Below, piece after piece: positions 1 to 11,284 of a stretch of 64,000 bases of DNA (positions within the stretch are counted from its first letter, which is position 1; every line of letters starts with the position of its first letter). The notes below the pieces were generated by a model. That model saw only the letters and a list, made by a program, of their open reading frames with translations. It ran no database searches and was not told where the DNA came from. The stretch is from the NCBI GenBank assembly GCA_008632985.1, contig QPGO01000075.1, positions 188,517 to 252,516 on the forward strand. The letters run 5' to 3'. This stretch comes from Psammoneis japonica. Taxonomy: Eukaryota. Position numbers and translations under genes: made by a program.

Positions 1-1807
1 TACGACGTGAAACACGACGGTCGCCACAAGGCATGACTCGTAGCCGATGGGCACCTCACGGATGCACCCATCGACAGTGTCCACTCCGGAGCAGTCTCCC
101 TCCGTGGCCTTCGGCTGATGATTTTCCTGGCCGAACTCAACAAGTTGGAGACATGGGCCACCGACGTTGGCAATGCCTGCCTTGAAGCCACCACCAAGGA
201 GAAGCTCTACATTGTAGCCGGACCCGAATTTGGCAAACTCGAAGGACACATCCTTGTCATCCACAAGGCCCTGTGTGGGCTGCGCAGCTCCGGTCTCCGC
301 TGGCACGAGCGCTTCGCCGACTGCCTGCGAGCTGAAGGCTTCTTCCCCTGCCGTGCCGAACCCGACATTTGGATGCGCAGGAACGGCGACCACCATGAAT
401 GCATTGCCGTTTATGTGGATGACCTCGCCATTGCTGTGAAGGACCCTCAATCTTTCGTCGACACTCTCACGGAAAAGCACAAGTTCAAGCTCAAGGGCAC
501 GGGACCCATTGAGTTCCATCTGGGTTGCGACTTTTCCCGGGATCCCGACGGCACCTTGTGCCTGTCTCCGCGCAAGTACATCGAGCGCATGGTCGACAGC
601 TGCACCCGACTGTTTGGGGAGAAACCTGCCACCAACGCTCTGTCACCTCTGGAGAAGGGTGACCACCCCGAACTGGACACTTCCGAGCTGCTGGAGCCCG
701 ATGGCATTCACAAGTTCCAGTCTCTTGTTGGTTCACTCCAATGGGCAGTGTCCCTTGGTCGAATTGACATTGCCACGGCCGTCATGTCACTCTCTAGCTT
801 CCGAGCTGCACCCCGTCAAGGCCACTTGGATCGTGCCAAACGTGTCTGTGGGCACCTCTCCAAGATGCGACACGGCGCTCTCCGCGTTCGTATGGAAGAG
901 CCCGACTGTTCGGATCTCCCTGCTCCGGCCTGTGAATGGATGCATTCCGTGTGCGGTGAAGCAGAAGAGATGATCCCGAAGGACGCTCCACCACCCCTTG
1001 GCAAGTTCGTCACTGCCACCCACTACGTCGATGCAAACTTGTGCCATTGCATGCTCACCGGACGCTCTGTCATGGGAATGCTCCACTTCCTCAACAAATT
1101 CCCGGCTGATTGGTTCTCTAAGAAGCAAGCCACCGTGGAGACTGTGACCTGCGGGTCTGAATTTGTTGCCGCAAGGACTTGTGTCGAGCAGATTGTCGAC
1201 CTGCGCATCACCCTGCGCTGTCTTGGCGTCCCGATCCACAATGTCAGTTACATGTTCGGTGACAACAAGTCGGTTGTAGACAGTGCCACCATCCCGCACT
1301 CCAAGTTACACAAGCGACACACCGCACCATCGTTCCACCGTGTGCGCGAGGCAATTGCCTCTGGTTGCCTTGAGTTCCACTTCATCGAAGGCTCCCGCAA
1401 CCCTGCTGACATTCTCAGCAAACATTGGGGTTGCTCCCAAATCTGGGACCTTCTCCGCCCCCTCATGTTCTGGAACTTCATTCCATCCGAAGTCGAATCT
1501 GTTTCTGTGGCTCCTCAAGCAAACTGGGGAGTGACAAGATTTGAACAGGATTCAGGTGCGCGCGAAATGTCGCGCGCTGTTTAGTTTGCCGCGCACAGTT
1601 TTGTGTGCTTTAGTTCCGCACGTTTGCGCGCGATGCAGTTTGCTTTCGAGCCACAAGGCTCACAAGAACAACAACAGCAGCCCAATTGTACCGACTCACA
1701 CGTCTTTTGGCTCCTGCAGCGGTCTCTGAGCGGAGACTCATCTGCCATTTAGACAGCAGCAAGGAGTCATTGTTTGAATTCTTGCCATTTGCCTTCAATT
1801 TCTGTCA
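1..1807 (+). mobile_element. 3' part of a Ty1/copia (CoDi-like) LTR retrotransposon: RT, RNase H, polypurine tract and 3' LTR; inactivated
   Basis: Frame 1 reads YDVKHDGRHKA*LVADGH (TGA at 34-36 where Arg is expected), then copia RT motifs (KAL[C]GL, YVDD) and RNase H motifs (W.SKKQ..VE, DNKSVV, NPADILSK). Purine tract GGGGAG lies just before TG at 1532. Confidence 0.95.
1532..1807 (+). repeat. 3' LTR of the copia element
   Basis: Begins TGACAAGA directly after the purine tract and ends TCTGTCA, giving TGACA/TGTCA inverted termini. The 5' LTR is outside the window. Confidence 0.7.
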
Positions 1808-4800
1808 TTTGTGGTCATGAGGCAAAGGGGGAACAAGGAATCCACGTGACTAGACCCCTTGAAGGTGTGACACGATTTTGTGAAAATGTTCGGTTCTGAT
1901 TGGCTGAGGGGATCTGTGTGACGCAGTTTTTCAATCAGCTCCCCACGTGTTCTGTGGTGCAAATGTGCATGCACTGTTCTGGTGCAAACAAAAAATGTTG
2001 CATGCTCAGGTCGAGCTCCACAATCAATCTAAAATCATCTGCAACAATTGTGAGCTCCGCAGCTTTCAATGGTCTAAAATGGGCATTGGGAACGGCATCA
2101 GAAATGAGCCACAAAAGCAGCGGCTTTGTTGCCACTTAAGCAGCACATGAAGAACAGAGTCTCTCCTCTTCTGTGTTCTCTTTTTTTTCTCTTTTCTCTT
2201 CTTTCTTTTCCTTTTTGGTCTAAAATGTGCTCCAATGGCATGGTCTAAAAACCCATCCAGCACCATCATGCAAACAATCACAAGCACAACCAGGATGAGG
2301 TGCTCATGACAATCGGCACCACTCCTCACTGCTCGCTGACATTCTTCTCACCGGCAGTTGTCTCTCGAGGGAGGCATTGATGTTGAATGTTGAGGGCAGT
2401 CCAGCGCCAGTTCAGGATGTTTTGAAATCAGCCAAGGTTCGCCACTGCACCAATGCGCTCATTTCCAACATGTTGCCTCAACAAGGTTGTCAGTTTGGAG
2501 ACCCCAAGGGCAATGGGGCAGTGGCGACGGCTGTTTGCATGGACTGATCTACGCTGCGACAAACAATGTGAGCATCGAAGATAGTCAGACATGATTTTGA
2601 AAACAAAAGGACCCTTTTTCTTGAGCAAAGAGGAGTTGCAACAATGAGGGTGGGTCATGGGGACTGAAATGAATGGGGTGCTTGATGCCATGGGATCTCA
2701 AGTTTACAATCACGTTGGAAATGGGGTCTTTGCAAGCACTGGATTGACTCATGGTGGCATCATCCAACACTGCCAAACAACAGCTTAAACGCAGTGGTGT
2801 TGTCATGGAAGACAACACAGCAAGGCATCTCCTGAATGCATTCATCCTGCAGAAGAAGTTGCAGAGCACCACATTCAAGCAAATGAAGTGGAAAAAGAGG
2901 AAGACGAAAGTCACAAAAAGGCCAGACAATGAGAAGAAGAGATTCACAAATGAGGAGACAAATTGCGTGCTTTTGTTCAGGAAATGTTGGGGGACTTGTC
3001 ATCTGCTGGTGAGTTTGCAATTGCTTGCATTCAACTCATGTGTGTCCCAGCTTCCTGTTCTCTCATGTGTGCTGTGATTTGTTTTGAAGATGTCAAGATC
3101 CAGATGTCAAGGCTGAAATTGTTTGAGACAATGAAACAGGCGCTTCTCTCCAGTCTGACTTTGTCAAGTTTTCTGACCAGCAAACGTGTGTGTGGGGGCA
3201 TGCTTTTTAGGGAACAATGGGCTCATTGATGGCCTCCACACTGAGGTGGAAGTTTCACAGAGTGCAGCAAAAGTGTGGAACAAGTTTGCACAGTGAAATG
3301 AGAGCACCTGGAGGTGAAGCCACGACCCAATTAAAAGAGAAGCCATCCATGTTCTTTGCCAGAAAACATGATTCCATCAGCTGACATCTGCCAAGCAGTG
3401 GATGCCATTAACTGGCATCTGCCAAGCAGCAGTCATCATGTGCAGAAAGATGCCTCAAAGGGGGAGTTCATTGTTGACAGGGCTGACACTCAAATTGCAG
3501 TGCATGTGCGATTGATGATTGAGAGCCGCAGTCATCGGGCCACACAACCCGTTGTTGTGCATCGATCCATGCACGAATGAAAAAGTTGAAGTGTTCTCAA
3601 GCAACACATCTGAAGAAATCACTCCTTTCATCAAGAAAAGTCCAAGGCAAAGTTTCTGTCAAAAAGGGCCACCACAGGATCATGCCTGAGCTTGCACAGA
3701 AGTGGAAGTTTGCTGTCGACAGGGCAGATGCTTGAACCACAGATGCACGATTTAGAGCCATGCGTCATGGGGCCAGATGAACTTGTTGTGCATTGATCCA
3801 TGCACAGATGAAAATCAATGCATGAATGACGAAGTGCAATCTGAGGAAGCCACGCTTTTCATCAACAAAATCCAAGGGCAAAGATCATCGGAGGTCAACC
3901 ATTGCAAACCTGACTGTGTTTCACTTTGTTCCTGCTGCTGTGTTTTGTGACTTCTTGGAGAGTTGATCAAGCTGCAGCGACCCTGCATTTCTGCTTTTGG
4001 CTTCACTGGACCTTGTCTCGGATGTTGGACTCATTGTCCAGCACTTGATTGAGAAGCAGGAGGGAGGAGGATGGGGTGCATTTTTCATTGTCAGGTTTGC
4101 CTTTTGGTGCACACATCCATTCATTTGATTGACGCATGAATCCCTCTCTCTTTGTTGTGGCAAATCCCAGAAACAAGATGATTTGGAATGTGCTCTTAAT
4201 GTTGATTGTTGGTGTGGGTGTGGTGCATTGGGCACACCAGTTGGACTCGTTGCAACTTTCGAGAAGGTGTTGCGTCTTGCACCAGCTGTGCTTGATCCTC
4301 TCCTTGCACTTGGGTGCTTGAGTTCAACAGGAAAATGTGCCAGTCTTGTTGCGGAACATCTCTGTTGTTGTGCTGCGAGTGAACAGAAATTCATGTTGGC
4401 GCTTGTTCCCTCCCACTTTCTTGTTTGCCATGATGTGTTGATGACGGTCCTCGCTGGTGGACGTTGGAAGATTCAGCTTGTTGAATGGGAAGAAAAAACC
4501 AAGAAAGATTGACAAAGTGACTGCCTTTTGGAACCTTCACAGGTTGTTTCCCTGGTCATTGTTGAGGAACTCTTCGAGAATGTCGGCGGAGCACTCACGG
4601 CGATTGGACACTTCACACGGAATGTGGGGGTTCAGCCTTGACCACAATTTCCATCATCTTCACTGGCTTGTCAACAGTCGTTGAGACTGGCAAGTACATT
4701 GGAGACAGGCACAAGATTGAAGAAAGCAACAACAAAGAAGAAAACCAAAGCGATGACCTGTGAGGCTCTGTTCACAGAAATCTTGCATTCCGCTCAAATC

Positions 4801-5100
4801 TGACTCTGGATTGGGCTGTCCATGCTGTGTCTCTGCCACTGTGTTGCATGAGGTCATGACTTTCTGTTGGCACTCACAGCTCTGTCATGAATTGGTGTGG
4901 TCACAACTTGATCCCAAGCGGCTTGGGTGACTTTGACAAAGCCAGCCTCGGCAATGTGAAAGCTTTCCACAATGTCTCATGAAAGTTGGTCTTTAGAGAC
5001 TGTCTCTCTGGCCGGAGGATGATCTCGAACCCCATCACAATCCTAGTTCTCTGTAGAAGGGATGAATGTCTCTGTGCTGTATGAGTGCAATCAGCACATC
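1808..5100. other. Decayed repeat-derived tract, depleted of TpA and CpG
   Basis: Very few TA dinucleotides (survivors mostly TTAA, CTAA, TTAG), excess TG/CA, and no credible ORF. Confidence 0.7.
3460..3890 (+). repeat. Two diverged tandem units of ~240 bp
   Basis: gacagggc...gttgtgcat(c/t)gatccatgcac...tctga.gaa..cac....ttcatcaa.aaaa..ccaagg.caaag occurs twice. Boundaries are approximate. Confidence 0.6.
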
Positions 5101-5249
5101 TGCTCTCTACTAGAGTGCAACAGCAGAAAAATACTTCGAGAGCGGTACGAATGGAAGCCATGTTAGCACCGCGTGGTCGAATTTTTAGTCTTTCAGTCAC
5201 GAACACGGGAGTCAGTCACGAGTTCTTGTTGTCGCATTCATTCTCGGCC

Positions 5250-5936
5250 ATGGCGCTGTCGTCTCGTCGAATCTTGTCCCTAAACCGTGCATGGAGTGTG
5301 GTTGCTTTCATGGCGCTTCGAATATTGTGTAGCTCTGCGTTTGTACCAAGGGGGCTCGTGACTCCAAATCGAAGAAGCTATCTGACAACATCAACATACC
5401 GCGTGAATCCAAAATCACGCAAGACACATCAAACGTCTACGTGCCTCATGTCTACCAAAACAGCGGACGTTATTCCCCGTGCAGCTGTATCAGTTGTGGT
5501 ACGATGCGAAGTTGAGGAAGAACCCAAATATGTTCTGGTTCAGCGAGGCAAAGAACCCAATTATGGTATTTGGTCCTTACCTGGAGGCAAAATCGAGATT
5601 GGTGAAGCAACGATGGATGCCGCTCGACGAGAACTGCACGAAGAAACCTTACTGATGGAAGGCTTGAAATGGCACGACAGTCCGTTTCGTTCGAGTGATT
5701 CTATTCACAGAAAAGATGACAACGAGGTTTCATACCACTATGTCATTTCTCAATGCTTCTGCACAAGTTCCACGTTTAGCGAGCTCCACCCTTCCGATGA
5801 TGCTGCAGACGCAGCTTGGCTTACTCTGGAACAAATACGACAAAAGACAACAATGGGACACGTGACACCTGGTGTGGACGACGTGATTGCACATGCTGAG
5901 CGATTGTTTTCAAACGGAATGTTACCTTGTGACTAA
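5250..5936 (+). CDS. Nudix hydrolase, probably plastid-targeted
   Basis: Nudix box GGKIEIGEATMDAARRELHEET; signal peptide followed by SSAFVP (ASAFAP-like). Start at ATG 5250 is inferred. Confidence 0.9.
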   Translation: MALSSRRILSLNRAWSVVAFMALRILCSSAFVPRGLVTPNRRSYLTTSTYRVNPKSRKTHQTSTCLMSTKTADVIPRAAVSVVVRCEVEEEPKYVLVQRGKEPNYGIWSLPGGKIEIGEATMDAARRELHEETLLMEGLKWHDSPFRSSDSIHRKDDNEVSYHYVISQCFCTSSTFSELHPSDDAADAAWLTLEQIRQKTTMGHVTPGVDDVIAHAERLFSNGMLPCD

Positions 5937-5983
5937 CGATATAGAGAATGCAAGTGGACAACTTTGAAGCTACAGCGTTACTG

Positions 5984-7051
5984 TTATTCCAAAATAGTCA
6001 GCCCAGCCAACGAAGGATCACCAAGGACAGCAACCAGCAGACCATTGGTGCCGTACCACAAGAGTACGCCGCCTGTTAAAGGTGTTACCCACGGCGCGAT
6101 CTTTCCGTATACCGAATCTCCGCTACTGTCCTTGAGATTAGCGAGAGCTTGTCCGCCAGTTGCCGCAACCACCAGAAGCGGTGTCGAGTATCCAAGAGTG
6201 TAAATTAACAGGTACAATGTACCCAAAAGGGGATCTCGCGTATTTGCCACATAAGCCAAGATTGATGTCAAGACGGGAGTAGCACACGGCGAAGCCACCA
6301 GGGCTGATGAACCTCCGAGCAGAAATGTCCTAAGAAGTGATCCTCGTTCTTGTGCTTCTTCTTTGGATTTCATAATATTACCCTTGCCATCAATCAAGAT
6401 TTCACCATTCAAGTTGTTGCTATTGTTGTTTCCTAGCTCCAACGACGGCAACGGAAGATCCACCAAGTTGAGCAACTGTAATCCCATGGCCAAACACACT
6501 CCAGACGACAAAATTGCTACAGCCAATCCTCCGGGACCACTGTCGGCACTGGCTCCAAATACACCTCCCACCAAAGACGCAATCAAGCCAAGAGTACAAA
6601 AGACACTGGCCAATCCCGCCGCAAATGCAACGGTAGGAATGGTAGCTTGCTTGTCGGCTCGTTCACCTGCGGCAGTGGAAATGTACGACATTGTGATTGG
6701 TAACAGCCCCCAAACACAGGGAGAAACCGATGTCAAGAGACCTGCTCCATACATGATCGGCAAAGAAGTCAACGTCGACGATGGATCTTGTAGCGAGGTT
6801 GTGGCCAAGCTTGATGCCGCAGACTCTGCATTGTACAAGATTTGCTCCCAATCCATCGCGTTGAGTGCCGATATTCTCTTATCATGATTCGTTCTAACAT
6901 AACTTGCATGAAACGCTTTCCTTCTGTAGGCTGGCGAGACAAATGAATCGACAATCGCAAGATGCATGACAACAGCCACTATGATACAGAGAAATGTGCG
7001 ACGTGAAGATCGGCATGATGCGTGGCAGTTTCTGCGTGTCGGTCTCGACAT
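5984..7051 (-). CDS. ccdA: Cytochrome c biogenesis protein CcdA (DsbD transmembrane domain), plastid-targeted
   Basis: Redox Cys motifs AGLLTSVSPCV and ASPCATPVL, multiple hydrophobic helices, bipartite presequence (VDS-FVSP). Confidence 0.92.
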   Translation of the reverse strand: MSRPTRRNCHASCRSSRRTFLCIIVAVVMHLAIVDSFVSPAYRRKAFHASYVRTNHDKRISALNAMDWEQILYNAESAASSLATTSLQDPSSTLTSLPIMYGAGLLTSVSPCVWGLLPITMSYISTAAGERADKQATIPTVAFAAGLASVFCTLGLIASLVGGVFGASADSGPGGLAVAILSSGVCLAMGLQLLNLVDLPLPSLELGNNNSNNLNGEILIDGKGNIMKSKEEAQERGSLLRTFLLGGSSALVASPCATPVLTSILAYVANTRDPLLGTLYLLIYTLGYSTPLLVVAATGGQALANLKDSSGDSVYGKIAPWVTPLTGGVLLWYGTNGLLVAVLGDPSLAGLTILE

Positions 7052-7560
7052 TGATTCAGCGTGAGCTCTTGTCAGTTGTTTCTGCCTTATTCCACTCCCC
7101 TTTGTATCATAACAATAGCACTGGATAGATACTGCTTTGAATGGCAGAATTAAGGCGTCTTTCCCTCTCTCTGCTTTCTCTTTTCTCTCTCGCTTCTGCT
7201 CTCTTCATCTTTTTCACCGCACTTTCCCCGCGAAGCGATGAGTGAGTCAGTCGCGCGCGTTACGCGCAAAAAAGTCCATCCGACTTCGACTACTCCGACT
7301 GACTGTGACTGACTCACCCGCCAAAATTTGCGACGATGCGATCATCACAAAAATGTAGAAGAGTTCAACACGAGTAAAGGCCAACAACAGCCATACTTGG
7401 CATCATCTTTCAAAAGCGAGTGTGCCCCATAAAACGTTGCCTTGGGTAAACCACGGTACTTTACTTGATCTTCTTGTAACTTCTTTGCGTTTCTGAAACG
7501 AAACGAAAAGAATTGCTGCGGGTGTGGGACCACCAAACAAAGAACAAAAAGAAAACAAGA

Positions 7561-8496
7561 ATGAGGGTGTGTCAAATCGGATTTGCAGCGTTGGTTTCGC
7601 TGGCGTGCATGCCTTCTGCGACATCCTTCTCGCCAGTACCTATTAAGTCATCAAGAAACGGCTATACATTTCGCCATGAGCTATTCGCGACAGCAACGGA
7701 TTGTGTGGATGAGAGCCGTGTCGATGAAGCAACCATTTATTCGGGCGATCCCTCTCGAAAAGCGAGAAATTTGAATCCTCGAGAGGCGATTCGTTCGAGC
7801 AAGTTTTATACAGTCAATGGAGAGGAAACCAGTCTAGACAATCTCATTGGCGATCCTGACAGCAGTGGGATATCCATAGTGGTATTGCTACGAAGTTTTG
7901 GATGACCCTTGTGCCAGGAGCTTCTGCTGCAATACAGTCAACGCAGACAAGAGCTTCTGGCCAAGGGTATTGATTTGGTCATGATTTCGATTGGCAAACC
8001 CAATGTCGGACGGGAATTGTTGGATCACTTTGATTTGTTGCCAGACGGACAGGACTACCTCTTTGCCGACCCTGACAATGCAGTTCACAATGATTTGGAC
8101 GTGAATCGAGGCATTGCTACCTTGTTTGGGAAAATGTCAACTCCGTTGGCATTTCTAAAGCGATTTCAAAAGAAGGACGGTACTAAAGAATTGACCAAGG
8201 TGTTATCGAAATGGAGCAATGGTACGTGCTTGCGTGTGATTGGAGCAATTGCGTATTCTTGGCACATGTTTCTGACATGACGTATCTCACGCTGTGCCTG
8301 CCTATCTCTTTGTATATTAGCTGTTTACATTCCTCCCAAGCGTGGCCAGTCTACGATTCAAGGGGGGACGTTTCTTTTCGATGGACCAAATACAATCCTA
8401 GCTCACTTTGATGAGTCGGTCGCAGACCATGCCGATATCGATGAAGTGATTCAACTCGCCACGCAAAGGTTGGAATTGAAGCAGACGACAGAATAG
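7561..8496 (+). CDS. Peroxiredoxin-like (AhpC/TSA_2, SelU/PRXL2-type) selenoprotein; exons 7561-8221 and 8321-8496; TGA 7903-7905 read as Sec
   Basis: Reads VLLRSFG-TGA-PLCQE (UxxC) in frame. After GT-AG intron 8222-8320 the frame gives the family motif QGGTFLFDG...H.D....DH and stops at TAG 8494-8496. N-terminal signal peptide plus ATS-FSP. Confidence 0.88.
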
Positions 8497-8544
8497 AAGC
8501 CTGATCACTGATAGTACAATACACAGAGAGTTTGTTTCCTCTCT

Positions 8545-8600
8545 TGATAATGACGCTACTCAAGTCGGAGACCTCGTTCCTATTGTGTAGCTGACGCTAG
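8545..8600 (+). promoter_or_regulatory. Candidate SECIS element in the selenoprotein 3' UTR
   Basis: ATGAC (8550-8554), then stem GCTAC-t-CAA pairing with TTG-t-GTAGC, then TGAC (8592-8595): the kink-turn core geometry. Apical mini-stem GGA/TCC. No canonical apical AA and helix I is weak. Confidence 0.55.
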
Positions 8601-8705
8601 TTTCTTTGCATGGCAGAGGAATTCGAGAGGGAAACAATCACGGATGCGGATACTCTGGTTCCAGGCTTCAATTATAGTATGGCATTCTACTTTGTTGAAC
8701 CATTA

Positions 8706-8881
8706 TTGCGCAAGAAAATTAAAAGAGCTTGTCGTAAATTTAAATCTAGGGTGAGAATTTCGGTTTCCTGCTAGCGCAAAAATTTTTGGACCGTTTTTGC
8801 AAAAGAAAATTAAAAGAGCTTCTCGTAGGTTTAGATCGATTCTTTCCCTACTCTCTAGAGCGAGGGAATTTCGGTTTCCTG
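8706..8881 (+). repeat. Short imperfect direct duplication in intergenic DNA
   Basis: aagaaaattaaaagagctt.tcgta and gaatttcggtttcctg each occur twice. Confidence 0.7.
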
Positions 8882-9445
8882 AACGCCAGAATCATCATCA
8901 TCATGATAGGCGTGACGACAAGCAAACACGTCTGAGATCGAAAAACACGTGAGAATTCGCGCTCACGTATGCGCAAACAAAAAGATCTCATTGGCAGAAA
9001 TGAAACATCCACTCACGAAGCTCAAGGAAATTCTCAATCAAATCTTCATATATATCTTTGTAGATGACTATTACATATCTTTTTCTCAAACAGATGTGGC
9101 GATCCGAATCCAGCTGGTTCTGACCATGTCGTTGTGAACAGACGGCATCGACGCGTCTGCTTGTGTTGAATGACGCAAGTCAACTTGCTGATGGGTTTTC
9201 GTTGTTGGTGTGGGCATGATGTAGTAAAGAGAAGAAGTCGCCGTACGGAAAGCAAACTCTGACATCGCTGTTGCTAAAGCCTGTTTGTCTATTCGCTGAA
9301 CCTTTCATACTCTCTACTAGTAGAGTTCTCAACAATCAACATTTTTTTCTATTGAAATCATCAACTATTCTCTCTCTCTCTCTGTACAAAGAGGTCAATA
9401 CCTACAGTACTACTAACACTAAAGAGCATCTTCCACTAGCTTGGT

Positions 9446-10878
9446 TTACTTTCCAGAAACAGCATGAGCAATGTTCTCTCCAAGCTTCTTGACCATCTCG
9501 ACCGGTCCCGAATGCTTGGGATGGAATCCATAAAGCGGAAGACTGCCGGGTTCAGGCACTCGTGCCGGGTAGGTATCGACCGCATGAAGCTTGGACAAAC
9601 TGACCCCACACCTCTTAATCATGGACTCTTCTGCCTTGCGAATCCAGACACGCGGGTCGTAATTCTTCTTGTTTGGCTTGTCGGGTCCGTCGGGATTGCC
9701 AATCTGTCCCTGAAGATAGTCGTGCTTGGCGGCTTCAAATTCACGAAGACCGTCCCAGTAGGCCCACTGGGTGTCCGTGTCGATATTCATCTTGATGACA
9801 CCGTTCTTGACGGCCGTGGCGATTTCTTCATCGGTCGATCCCGATCCTCCGTGCATGACTAGGAAAATGGGCTTGTCGTTGTCCGACTTGAGTTGTTCCT
9901 TGGCATAGGCTTGGTGCTTGCCGAGACGCTCCGGCTGGAGCGTCACGTTGCCCGGCTTGTAGACACCGTGGACGTTACCAAAGGCGGCGGCAATGGAAAA
10001 CATGTTTCCAATCTTGCTGAGGCGGTCGTACACCGCATAGACTTGTTCGGGACTTGTGTAGAGTTTCTCCGGATCGACACTCTCGTTGTTGACGCCGTCT
10101 TCTTCTCCTCCCGTGATTCCAATCTCCATCTCGAGCCAGATCTTCATGGGAGCCATGCGCGTAAAGTACTGAGCGCAAATTTCAATATTCTCCTCGTCGG
10201 GTTCTTCCGAGAGATCCAACATGTGCGAAGAAAAGAGCGGCTCTCCATACTGCGCAAAGTACGCTTCGTCGGCTTGCATCATGCCGTCAAACCACGGGAG
10301 CAACTTTTTGGCACAGTGGTCCGAATGCAAAATGACGGGAACGCCATAGTAGGGAGCCACGGCACGGACGTGAAGCGCCATGGCCACCGCACCGGCTGCC
10401 GCAGCGTTGGGGTCCTTGCAGCCCTTGCCTGTGAAAAACGCAGCGCCGCCGTTGGAGACCTGAATTATCACGGCAGAGTTGTTGTCGCGGGCGGCTTGCA
10501 AGACGGCATTGCACGTGGAGGAACTGAGTTTTGAGAGAGAGAGAGAGAGAGCAGTGGGTGAGATGAGCATCTTCTTCAAACTCCTTCTGAAGAATCTTTT
10601 GCAGACAGAGAATTTCGCATATATCCCGACAACAATCCGACTTACCTGGTGCAGTTGAAGGCAGGAAGAGCATATCCGTGTTCGCGAGCATGACTTAGGA
10701 GTTTGACAACATCGTCTCCGGTGATTACACCTGGGGGAACATCGCAGGGGTTACCATGGTTGGAAAAAGAAGGTTGGAGTCGTGTTGTTGCACTTGTGGT
10801 GTCGTCGGGCACACGTTCTTTTTTTGTGGTGTTCTCGTCAACGACAGCGAAAAAATCTTTTCTCGCTTGCGGGAGCAT
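9446..10878 (-). CDS. fba: Class II fructose-bisphosphate aldolase; intron 10524-10645
   Basis: Motifs HSDHC, EMEIG, FGNVHGVYK, HGGSG, KMNIDTD. Splicing restores GVITGDD...PAFNCTSSSTCNAVL. Start codon is uncertain and no plastid presequence is evident. Confidence 0.95.
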
Positions 10879-11284
10879 GGACTTTGGTTCAAAGTAAGCT
10901 AAATTGTCGATACGTAAAATTTGTACTGATTGTATGTATGACGCCAGAGAAAGGATTCTTCAGTATTAAATTCATGTACAAGCTACGTCAGTATCGAATC
11001 TGCGTGGCATCTACGACTGCCTACAAACTTCCAAAACTTGGGTTTCGAGTTCTGAGGAGCGCGAGTCGCCTATCTGTTCCTCGTCCGTCTATCGATCAAC
11101 ATCATCTCGGCCGCTCATTCTTTTGACACAACATGACACATGACGCATCAACATGACCACCATGACGACGACGACGACGAGATGAGATTGAGCTTTGCCT
11201 TGTTCGAACAACGTGGGAGTGCAAAGACATGCAAGACCTACCTTGAATCTTTTTTAAGTTTTGAGAAACATCAAGAAATTCTCC

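Noticed and set aside
1..1584. Alternative genetic code (TGY read as Tyr)
   Set aside because: Neighbouring host genes use TAY for Tyr and TGY for conserved Cys, and non-coding repeats show the same change.
1..5100. Classical fungal RIP or 5mC deamination as the cause of the skew
   Set aside because: RIP creates TpA and deamination removes CpG; here TpA is lost, in places with CpG intact.
9464..10534. Long plus-strand ORFs opposite the aldolase gene
   Set aside because: Antisense shadows of a codon-biased gene.
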